From NCBI GenBank assembly GCA_043779265.1, contig JAYWEM010000081.1, forward strand, positions 1 to 10,048: 10,048 nucleotides of DNA. Direction: 5' to 3'. Within the stretch, counting starts at the first letter, position 1; every line of letters starts with the position of its first letter. The DNA comes from a bacterium. Its GTDB lineage: Bacteria; Eisenbacteria; RBG-16-71-46. The position numbers and the translations under genes were made by a program. The notes below the pieces were generated by a model. The model worked only from the letters and a program-made list of their open reading frames with translations. It did no database searches and was not told the origin of the DNA. Of the stretch, positions 1 through 6,600 are shown one piece after another.

Positions 1-1
1 C

Positions 2-436
2 ATCCCGGCGGACAAGTACACGTGGCGCCCGACCAAGGAAGTGCGCTCGGTCTCCGAAGTGCTGATGCACATCGCCCAGGCGAACTACATGCTGCCGAGC
101 CTGCTGGGCGCCAAGATGCCGATGGATCAGGCGATGTTGATGAAGTACGACACGGCCGAGACCGAGAAGGCGAAGGTCCAGAAGGCGCTCAAGGACTCCT
201 ATGACTTCGCCAAGCACGCGCTCGAGCACATGAGCGATGCCGAGCTCGAGGAAACCGTCGACTTCTTCGGCAATCAGGTGACCAAGCGCATGACGCTGAT
301 GATGCTCGCGGCGCACTCGCACGAGCATCTCGGTCAGGCGGTCGTGTACGCGCGCATGAACAAGATCACGCCGCCGTGGACGACGCGCCAGAATGCGGCG
401 GCTGCGGCGCAGAAGGCGAAGATGCAGGGCAAGTAG
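2..436 (+). CDS. DinB/YfiT-family putative metalloprotein (5'-truncated by window edge)
   Basis: The frame is open from position 2: IPADKYTWRPTKEVRSVSEVLMHIAQANY...MLAAHSHEHLGQAVVYARMNKITPPW, TAG at 434-436. It shows the DinB pattern (W/F)RP..xRS..E..xH and HxxxHxGQ..Y.R. Confidence 0.9.
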   Translation: MPADKYTWRPTKEVRSVSEVLMHIAQANYMLPSLLGAKMPMDQAMLMKYDTAETEKAKVQKALKDSYDFAKHALEHMSDAELEETVDFFGNQVTKRMTLMMLAAHSHEHLGQAVVYARMNKITPPWTTRQNAAAAAQKAKMQGK

Positions 437-463
437 TCCCCGCTGCTGACCTCACGAGCGAAT

Positions 464-500
464 GCGAAACGAGCGGCGCGACCTGCGCCGCTCGTTTCGT
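464..500. terminator. Probable bidirectional intrinsic terminator between convergent genes
   Basis: Perfect 15-bp inverted repeat CGAAACGAGCGGCGC (465-479) / GCGCCGCTCGTTTCG (485-499) with a 5-nt loop, lying between the stops at 436 (+) and 515 (-). Confidence 0.75.
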
Positions 501-514
501 GCATCGGGGCGCCT

Positions 515-1084
515 TCAGCGCTGGGCGCCGAACTCCCACGGCTCGACGCCCGCCTCGAGCGTCAACCCGAACGCGCTGGCGATGCGATTGGCGAAGTTGT
601 AGTAGGCGGCGATCGCCGTGGCGCGGATGATCGACGCATCGTCGAAGCCGTACTCGCTCAGCCGCTCGATGTCCTCCCGCTTGCGCTCACTGGGTTCGCA
701 GGTGAGCGCGACCGCCGCATCGAGCAGGACGCGATCGCGTGCCGCGAGATCGGCCTCGCGGTAGTCGCGCGCCACGCCTCGGGCGAGTTCCTCGCCGATC
801 TGCGACGCGAGGCGGGGACCATGATGCGCGACGCAGTAGCCACACCCGTTGGTCGCCGAGACGACGACGGCGATCAGCTCGGCCTGCGCCGCCGTGAGCG
901 GCGAGGGGTCGTCGAGCACGGCGGCGGCGTGGGCGAGCGCTCCTTCGAGTGCGCCCGGCACAGGAGCCAGCGACTGCCAGAAATGTGCGACCCGGCCCTT
1001 GCTCGAGCGCGCCGAAGCGCGGGCGAACAGGGGGGAGGTCGTCGCGTCGGCCCGATCGGGCGCGACGAGTGGCGTCCAGCTCAT
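515..1084 (-). CDS. Peroxidase-related enzyme, AhpD/carboxymuconolactone decarboxylase (CMD) family
   Basis: ELIAVVVSATNGCGYCVAHH (AhpD-core CxxC-xx-H) and C-terminal IAAYYNFANRIASAFG. GGAGG RBS upstream (cctcc 1092-1096 on +). Confidence 0.9.
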   Translation of the reverse strand: MSWTPLVAPDRADATTSPLFARASARSSKGRVAHFWQSLAPVPGALEGALAHAAAVLDDPSPLTAAQAELIAVVVSATNGCGYCVAHHGPRLASQIGEELARGVARDYREADLAARDRVLLDAAVALTCEPSERKREDIERLSEYGFDDASIIRATAIAAYYNFANRIASAFGLTLEAGVEPWEFGAQR

Positions 1085-1114
1085 GCAGGTTCCTCCGGTT
1101 GCGGGTGGGCGGCG

Positions 1115-1120
1115 ATGCTA
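1115..1120 (-). promoter_or_regulatory. Putative -10 element (TAGCAT) for the AhpD-like gene
   Basis: TAnnnT hexamer about 30 nt upstream of the ATG and upstream of the RBS. No convincing -35 seen. Confidence 0.35.
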
Positions 1121-1213
1121 GCCCGAGGGCCGAGGCGCCCGCCAGCCTCTCGGCGCACCCGGTCGCTCCGAGGGCCGCCTCGTCAACCCCGCGTCAGATT
1201 CGGCGAGGCGCCC

Positions 1214-1243
1214 TTGTGCGTTCGGTCGCCTCGCCCGTAGCGT
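1214..1243 (+). promoter_or_regulatory. Putative sigma70-type promoter, probably giving a leaderless mRNA
   Basis: TTGTGC (1214-1219) - 18 nt - TAGCGT (1238-1243) - 6 nt - ATG 1250. No Shine-Dalgarno sequence. Confidence 0.45.
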
Positions 1244-1249
1244 CGCGTC

Positions 1250-1711
1250 ATGTTCCCTTCTCGCTCCGTCAGCAGTGTCGTCGCCCCGATCGTGGCGTTC
1301 GTGCTCGTGCTGGGTGCGGGGATCGCCTTCCGAGAGCCGCTCGCCTCCTGGTGGCACCAGCGGCAACCGGCGCCCACGGTGTCGATCGACATGAACGATC
1401 TGCCCGAGGATGCCATCGAGCGGGCGCTTCGCCTGGCGTCCGTGGACAGCACGCGCAAGAACGAGTGGGTGGAGGCGGTGCCCGGAATCGAGGCGTCCGC
1501 ACTCTCGGCGGTGCATCGCGAGATCTTCATCCGCCAGGCGAACGCCCAGCGCTGCAGCTGCGGATGTGGTTTCACGCTCGCGGCCTGCCGGGCCTTCGAT
1601 CCGAGCTGCGAAGTCAGCCTGCCGATCGTGCAGGCGCTGTTCGATTCGGTCTCGCAGGGGCTGATCCGCCCCTCGGCGGGCCTTCGCGAGCGTCCAGCGG
1701 GTCTTCGTTGA
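1250..1711 (+). CDS. Hypothetical membrane-anchored protein with Cys-rich domain (CSCGC-x6-C-x6-C)
   Basis: N-terminal hydrophobic helix (VVAPIVAFVLVLGAGIAF), then VPGIEASALS...ANAQRCSCGCGFTLAACRAFDPSCEVS. GC3-rich codon usage, and it fills the gap between known genes. Confidence 0.8.
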   Translation: MFPSRSVSSVVAPIVAFVLVLGAGIAFREPLASWWHQRQPAPTVSIDMNDLPEDAIERALRLASVDSTRKNEWVEAVPGIEASALSAVHREIFIRQANAQRCSCGCGFTLAACRAFDPSCEVSLPIVQALFDSVSQGLIRPSAGLRERPAGLR

Positions 1712-1737
1712 CCCGCGCGCGCACCGCGGCCTAGTCT
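1708..1737 (+). promoter_or_regulatory. Putative sigma70 promoter for sod
   Basis: TTGACC (1708-1713, overlapping the upstream TGA) - 18 nt - TAGTCT (1732-1737). Strong AAGGAGG RBS before ATG 1827. Confidence 0.55.
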
Positions 1738-1826
1738 CACCGCATCCTACCGATCACCCGCGTGGCCGCCCTCGCCGCCGCGCTGACCCGGATACCGACG
1801 ATTCCCCGTTTCCAAGGAGGCCCCAC

Positions 1827-2441
1827 ATGGCTTGGAAGGAACTGACTGCGAAGACGTTCGCGAGCATCCGCGAACTCAACGGCATCTCGGCTCGCACGCA
1901 GGAAGAGCACTACGAGCTGTACAAGGCGTATGTCGGCAAGACGAATGAGATCCAGAAGAAGCTCGACACGGTGGACCGTGCGACGGCCAACCAGATCTTC
2001 AGCGATCTGCGTTCGCTGCGCGTCGACCTGTCGTTCGCCTACGGCGGCGTGAAGAATCACGAGATCTTCTTCTCGCACCTCGGCGGCAAGGGTGGCGCGC
2101 CCACCGGCAAGCTCAAGGAGCTCATCGAGCGCGATTTCCCTTCGTACGACGCCTGGCTGCAGGACTTCAAGGCCAGCGGGCTCGCGGCGCGCGGCTGGGT
2201 CTGGCTCGCCTACGATCATGATCTGGGCATGCTCACGACCGTGGTCGGCGATGCGCAGAACACGTTCCCCGTGTGGAATGCCACGCCGATCATCGCCCTC
2301 GACGTGTATGAGCACGCCTACTGGTTCGATTTCGGCCGCGCCCGCGCCAAGTACATCGAGGCGTTCTTCAACAACCTCGACTGGGACGTGGTCGCCGCCA
2401 ACCTCGATCGCGCCCTGTCGATGCAGGCCGCGAACCGCTGA
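1827..2441 (+). CDS. sod: Fe/Mn-family superoxide dismutase
   Basis: Metal-ligand motifs EEHYELYKAYV, NHEIFFSHL and DVYEHAYW (DxxEHAY signature), plus GWVWLAYD. AAGGAGG RBS. Confidence 0.95.
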   Translation: MAWKELTAKTFASIRELNGISARTQEEHYELYKAYVGKTNEIQKKLDTVDRATANQIFSDLRSLRVDLSFAYGGVKNHEIFFSHLGGKGGAPTGKLKELIERDFPSYDAWLQDFKASGLAARGWVWLAYDHDLGMLTTVVGDAQNTFPVWNATPIIALDVYEHAYWFDFGRARAKYIEAFFNNLDWDVVAANLDRALSMQAANR

Positions 2442-2482
2442 TCGTCGATTCCGCTGGCGCGGACGCCGCGCCGCACCCCTGC

Positions 2483-2518
2483 CCCGGGCTCCTCGGTTCC
2501 AGGAGCCCGGGCCCTTTT
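2483..2518 (+). terminator. Intrinsic terminator-like hairpin after sod
   Basis: 11-bp perfect stem CCCGGGCTCCT (2483-2493) / AGGAGCCCGGG (2501-2511), 7-nt loop, followed by CCCTTTT. Confidence 0.65.
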
Positions 2519-2530
2519 CGGAGGATCTGC

Positions 2531-3010
2531 ATGGCCATCGCGACGTTGCTGCCGACGATCGGCAAGCCCGCGCCCGACTTCACGCTGCCCTCGACCACGG
2601 GCGAGCCGATCTCGCTCAAGCAGTTCAAGGGCAAGAAGAGCGTCGTGCTCTACTTCTATCCCAAGGACGAGACCCCGGGCTGCACCAAGGAGGCGTGTGC
2701 GTTCCGCGATCTCGCGGCCGAGTTCGACCGCCTCGGCGTCGCCATCCTGGGCGTCTCGACCGACCCGATGGACTCGCACCTCAAGTTCCGCGACAAGCTC
2801 CAGCTGCCGTTCCCGTTGCTCACGGACGAGGATGCGGCCGTCTCGCGTGCGTATGGCGTCTACAAGCAGAAGAACCTCTACGGCAAGAAGTACCTGGGGA
2901 TCGAGCGCACCACGTTCATCGTCGATCGCACCGGTCGCACCGCTCAGATCTATCCCAAAGTGAAGGTCGAGGGTCACATCCAGGATCTGCTCGAGTTCCT
3001 CGGCGATTGA
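2531..3010 (+). CDS. bcp: Thioredoxin-dependent thiol peroxidase (BCP/PrxQ peroxiredoxin)
   Basis: VVLYFYPKDETPGCTKEACAFRD (PxxxTxxC plus resolving Cys in CxxxxC), GIERTTFIVD and KVKVEGH. GGAGGA RBS. Confidence 0.95.
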   Translation: MAIATLLPTIGKPAPDFTLPSTTGEPISLKQFKGKKSVVLYFYPKDETPGCTKEACAFRDLAAEFDRLGVAILGVSTDPMDSHLKFRDKLQLPFPLLTDEDAAVSRAYGVYKQKNLYGKKYLGIERTTFIVDRTGRTAQIYPKVKVEGHIQDLLEFLGD

Positions 3011-3062
3011 GCGTCCGACGCGCAGCGGCCCCCGCCGCTTCGCGCCGGATCCGGGAGGTCGC

Positions 3063-3701
3063 GTGTTCGTCGCGCCGAAGGCCCCGGTGCCCGTGTTCCC
3101 GCTTCCGGGATTCGTCCTCTACCCGGGCGCTACCGTGCCCCTGCACGTGTTCGAGCCGCGCTATCGCGCGCTCGTGCGGGACGCCGCGCTGGGCGATCGC
3201 TGGGTCGCCATGGCGACACTGGCCCCCGGCTGGGAAGAGGACACGCAGGGTCGCCCCGCCTTCCTGCCGCTCGGCTGTCTCGGCGCCATCGAAACGCTCG
3301 AGTGGCTTCCGGATGACCGCTACCATCTGGTGCTGCGTGGCGTGATCCGCGTGACCTTCGCCCGCACCGATCGTGAGTACCCCTACCGCACCTGCGAGGT
3401 CGATCCGGAGCCCGGCGCACCCTGCGATGAGGGCGATCCGATGACCGCGATGTCGCGCACGAGCCTGCTCAAGGCGAGATCCCGGCTCCTGCCACTGGGG
3501 CCCGAAGCCTGGGTGCTGCCGCCCGAGGTGGACGACGACGCACCGTTCGAGCAACTCGTCGGGGTGATCGCGCAGTCGCTGCGCGCGCCGCTCGAGCGCC
3601 GACTCGAGTGGCTGGCGTGCGACCGACTGACCGATCGCGCGCGCGACATGCTCCGCCACATGAAGAAGCTGAGCGGAGAGACGGGTGAGGCAGGGGCCTG
3701 A
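3063..3701 (+). CDS. Stand-alone LON peptidase substrate-binding (N-terminal) domain protein
   Basis: VPVFPLPGFVLYPGATVPLHVFEPRYRALVRDA and LPDDRYHLVLRGVIRV match the LON N-domain. There is no AAA+ or protease domain. GGGAGG RBS before GTG. Confidence 0.9.
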   Translation: MFVAPKAPVPVFPLPGFVLYPGATVPLHVFEPRYRALVRDAALGDRWVAMATLAPGWEEDTQGRPAFLPLGCLGAIETLEWLPDDRYHLVLRGVIRVTFARTDREYPYRTCEVDPEPGAPCDEGDPMTAMSRTSLLKARSRLLPLGPEAWVLPPEVDDDAPFEQLVGVIAQSLRAPLERRLEWLACDRLTDRARDMLRHMKKLSGETGEAGA

Positions 3702-3817
3702 GAGAGGGCGGACCGCGGAGGTGCGCTGCCAGTCGTGCCGGACGTTCGGAGTCCCCCGATCCCACATCCGCCCAGACGAACCACAGCGCACCTCGGCGCC
3801 ACGCCGAGGGTCGAGGC
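3702..3817 (-). ncRNA. Candidate structured non-coding RNA (unassigned family)
   Basis: Long interrupted hairpin 3707-3805 with perfect 11-bp core GAGGTGCGCTG (3718-3728) / CAGCGCACCTC (3784-3794). The inner helices pair better on the minus strand (G-U rather than A-C). Minus-strand TTGCCT-N17-GATAGT lies upstream (3852-3824). Confidence 0.4.
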
Positions 3818-3958
3818 GACCGCACTATCGCGGCATTCCGAACTCAAGGCAAGTCGCGACGGCACGACGGAACGCCAACCGCTATCCGGCATGCATTCCG
3901 TGAAAACAGGACGCACGCGGGCTCCCACGACCGATTTCCATCCGCGGGCCAACCGGCC

Positions 3959-3964
3959 TATCCT
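3959..3964 (+). promoter_or_regulatory. -10 element (TATCCT) of a probable leaderless transcript
   Basis: TATCCT, 7 nt, then ATG 3972. No Shine-Dalgarno sequence. Confidence 0.5.
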
Positions 3965-3971
3965 CGTGTCC

Positions 3972-4691
3972 ATGACCACACTAGGACTCGACATCACGCT
4001 CACCTGGCTCGGCCACAGTGCCTTCCACTTGGTCTCGCCGGGCGGCGTCCATGTGCTGATCGACCCCTGGCTCACGGGCAATCCCAAGGCCCCGAAGGAT
4101 CCGGTGCCGCCCAAGGTCGATCTGATCCTGCTGACACACGGCCATCTCGATCATCTGGGTGACACGGTCGCGATCGCCGCGAAGCACGGCTGCCCGGTCT
4201 TCTGTGGGTTCGAACTGGAGCTCCATCTGACCTCGATCGGGGTCACGACGGCCTCGGGCATGGGCAAGGGTGGCAGCCAGCGGCACGCGGGGCTCACGGT
4301 GACCGCGACCCACGCCGTGCATTCGAGCAGCGTCGATCAGCCCGATGGCACGTTCGTCTCGACGGGCGACCCGATGGGATTCGTGATCACGTTCGAGAAC
4401 GAGACGCGTCTCTACTTCGCGGGCGACACCGGTCCGATGGCCGACATGGCGGTGATCCGCGAACTCTACGCGCCGGACGTCGCGCTGCTCCCGATCGGCG
4501 ATCGCTACACGATGGGGCCGCGCGAGGCGGCGTGGGCGGCGCAGCAGTTGGGTGCACGGTTCATCGTGCCCATGCACTACGGCACGTTCGATGTCCTGAC
4601 CGGCACGCCGGACGCACTGCGAGCCGAGATGGCCAAGCGCGGCGTGAAGGCCGAGGTGATCGCACCCGAACCCGGGGTCGCGATCCTCTGA
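3972..4691 (+). CDS. Metal-dependent hydrolase, metallo-beta-lactamase fold (UPF0173-like)
   Basis: ITLTWLGHSAF, LIDPWLTGNP, LLTHGHLDHLGD (HxHxDH), HAVHSSS, YFAGDT, LPIGDRYTMGP and PMHYGTF. Start moved to ATG 3972 because homology begins there. Confidence 0.93.
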   Translation: MTTLGLDITLTWLGHSAFHLVSPGGVHVLIDPWLTGNPKAPKDPVPPKVDLILLTHGHLDHLGDTVAIAAKHGCPVFCGFELELHLTSIGVTTASGMGKGGSQRHAGLTVTATHAVHSSSVDQPDGTFVSTGDPMGFVITFENETRLYFAGDTGPMADMAVIRELYAPDVALLPIGDRYTMGPREAAWAAQQLGARFIVPMHYGTFDVLTGTPDALRAEMAKRGVKAEVIAPEPGVAIL

Positions 4692-4697
4692 GCGGGG

Positions 4698-5843
4698 CTA
4701 CTGCGTGCCGAGCGCGGCGATGATGTTGTAGAGCATGTGCACGAGGATCGCCGCCGTCGTGCTGCGCCACATCCGCACCAGGCCCAGCACCAGCCCGATC
4801 AGTGCCACCGTGCCGATGCCGAACCAACTGTACTGCACGTGCGCGATCGCGAACAGAAGGTTCGAGAGCACCAGTCCGAGCCGCGGCTGGAGCGCCCCTC
4901 GCACGAACAGCTCCTCGCCGACGCCGGCCGACAGACCCAGCAGCACGATGCCCGCGAGCGACAGGCTGCCGGCCATCTTCTGCACCACCGCCTGATCCGA
5001 CGCGTACCACGCCGGGAAAAATCGCTGCTCGACGCCCTCGAGCCCCGCGTTGACGAGCACGCACGCCGCGACGCCGAGCACCACCGCGATCGCATCGGCC
5101 GGGCGCAGGGCGGTGAGCCCCAGGCGCTCGCATGTCTCGCGCAGCCCGCGGCGAACGCCCGCGCCGACTCCCGCCAGCGCGATGGCGACGAGTCCCGCCA
5201 ATTGGGCGATGAGGCCGGGCGTGGTCACGAGGCTCTGCTGGTTCGTCTCGAGCATTGCCATCAGGTCCTCGAAACGCAGCTGGAGCGGCACGCAGACGAG
5301 CACGATGAGCACCGCGATGCGCGCCGTGAGCCGCAGAGTGCGCGTGGGCGTCTCGGTGCGGAACAGTACGCGTGCGACGGCGTCCGAGACGCGGCGCGAG
5401 ATGAGCGCCAGCGCCACGCCCGCCCCGAAGAGGCACCAGGCGCTGACGAACGGGTCCACCTCGCCGGAGTCGGGCCCGAGGCCGGGCAAGCGAAGCGCCA
5501 ACAGGTAGACTGCGGCCAGCCCGGGAAGGACGGCTCTCAGCGCCCAGCGGATCAGTCGGCCCGAAGCACTGGCGCGCGGCAGGGTCTCTCTCACCCACTG
5601 GCGGTAGCCCTCTCGTGGCGAGAGCGCGTCGGTCGCCTGCGCCATCACGAAGAGTCCCGCCATCGCGAACAGGGCGGCGCCCTCGGCGAGCCCGGCGGCC
5701 GTCGTGGCGAGGCCGCCGACGAGCAGCACGATCAACCAACCCATCAGGCCCTTCCGCACCGGTTGCGAGAGCGGCGGTTCGGGTTCGTCAGGCGGCGAGG
5801 GGAACTCGAGTTCGGGCTGCTTGGCGGTGGGATCGTTCTCCAT
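4698..5843 (-). CDS. CPBP-family (Abi/CAAX type II) intramembrane glutamic endopeptidase with extra N-terminal membrane region
   Basis: GVGEELFVRG (EExxxR), LFAIAH (FxxxH) and HMLYN (HxxxN), with many TM helices. Start set at ATG 5843, which avoids overlap with moaD. Confidence 0.9.
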   Translation of the reverse strand: MENDPTAKQPELEFPSPPDEPEPPLSQPVRKGLMGWLIVLLVGGLATTAAGLAEGAALFAMAGLFVMAQATDALSPREGYRQWVRETLPRASASGRLIRWALRAVLPGLAAVYLLALRLPGLGPDSGEVDPFVSAWCLFGAGVALALISRRVSDAVARVLFRTETPTRTLRLTARIAVLIVLVCVPLQLRFEDLMAMLETNQQSLVTTPGLIAQLAGLVAIALAGVGAGVRRGLRETCERLGLTALRPADAIAVVLGVAACVLVNAGLEGVEQRFFPAWYASDQAVVQKMAGSLSLAGIVLLGLSAGVGEELFVRGALQPRLGLVLSNLLFAIAHVQYSWFGIGTVALIGLVLGLVRMWRSTTAAILVHMLYNIIAALGTQ

Positions 5844-5881
5844 GTCAGACTCAGCATAGGCGAGAATCGAGGGGAGGACCC

Positions 5882-6127
5882 ATGCAGGTGAAGGTGCTGT
5901 TCTTCGCACAGGCGCGCGATCACGCCGGCACGGCCGAGCGGCAGCTCGAGTGCGCCGAGGGCGCGCGGGTCTCCGACCTGCTCGACCGCCTCACCGCCGA
6001 GATCCCGACCCTCGCCGTGCTGCGGCCGCATCTCGCGATCGCCATCGATGGCGAGCTGGTGCGCGGCGACGCCCTGCTCGTGGCTGGCGGCGAGGTCGCG
6101 TTGCTGCCTCCGGTCAGTGGCGGCTGA
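5882..6127 (+). CDS. moaD: Molybdopterin synthase sulfur-carrier subunit
   Basis: MQVKVLFFAQARDHAG...EVALLPPVSGG, 81 aa ending in Gly-Gly. GGGGAGGA RBS; adjacent to moaE. Confidence 0.93.
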   Translation: MQVKVLFFAQARDHAGTAERQLECAEGARVSDLLDRLTAEIPTLAVLRPHLAIAIDGELVRGDALLVAGGEVALLPPVSGG

Positions 6128-6130
6128 TCC

Positions 6131-6556
6131 GTGACTCGTCTGACCGAACAGCCGATCGATGTCGCCTCACTCACGGCGTCCAGCGCACGAGATGACTGCG
6201 GCGCGGTCGTCGTGTTCCTCGGGACCACGCGCGACCATCACGACGATCGCCGCGTCATCGAGTTGGCCTACGAGGGCTACCCGCGCATGGCCGAGCCCGC
6301 GCTCGAGGCGCTCGAGCGCGGCGCGCTCGAACGCTTCGAGATCGCAACCTGCAGCGTGGTGCATCGGCTGGGCGTGGTCCCGCTCCGAGAGGCCAGCGTC
6401 GTGGTGGTGGTGAGCGCGGCGCATCGCGCCGCCGCGTTCGCCGCAGCGCAGTGGGTGATGGATGAGCTCAAGCGCTCGGTGCCGATCTGGAAGCGCGAGC
6501 GATTCGCGGATGGGGACGAAGCCTGGGTGGAGGGCCGTCCGCTCGGGCGGGACTGA
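6131..6556 (+). CDS. moaE: Molybdopterin synthase catalytic subunit
   Basis: GAVVVFLGTTRD, LAYEGYPRMA, VHRLG, SAAHRAAAF and MDELKRSVPIWKRE...WV. Confidence 0.95.
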   Translation: MTRLTEQPIDVASLTASSARDDCGAVVVFLGTTRDHHDDRRVIELAYEGYPRMAEPALEALERGALERFEIATCSVVHRLGVVPLREASVVVVVSAAHRAAAFAAAQWVMDELKRSVPIWKRERFADGDEAWVEGRPLGRD

Positions 6557-6600
6557 CGGCTCCAGCGCGTGGTCGCTGCCCCTGGCTGCGCTGAAGCGAC

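Noticed and set aside
515..3010. Possible selenocysteine (in-frame TGA) in the redox enzymes
   Set aside because: The AhpD-like, BCP and Cys-rich proteins all have ordinary Cys codons in their motifs and end at positions typical for their families.
2092..3345. 417-aa + strand ORF and other long alternative-frame or antisense ORFs (e.g. 4561-5739, 4737-5891, 6769-7839, 9140-10003)
   Set aside because: These are Arg/Ala/Pro-rich shadow ORFs overlapping well-supported genes, as expected in high-GC DNA.
3702..3817. Assigning the hairpin as SRP (4.5S) RNA, 6S RNA or tRNA
   Set aside because: It lacks the SRP helix-8 motif (CAGG..GNRA..AGCAG), is too short and lacks a clear central bubble for 6S, and has no cloverleaf or T-loop (GTTCRA).
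3735..3971. 79-aa N-terminal extension of the MBL hydrolase in the ORF track
   Set aside because: It is Pro/Arg/Thr-rich with no family resemblance. Homology begins at ATG 3972, which has a -10 box at leaderless spacing.
5615..5909. Long N-terminal extensions of moaD (from 5615) and CPBP (from 5909) suggesting fusions or overlap
   Set aside because: They would overlap each other on opposite strands. moaD has a clear RBS at ATG 5882 and the extensions are low-complexity.
6557..6600. Weak hairpin (CAGCGC...GCGCTG) between convergent moaE and queG
   Set aside because: The stem is short, the loop large and there is no U-tract, so it cannot be distinguished from chance at this GC content.
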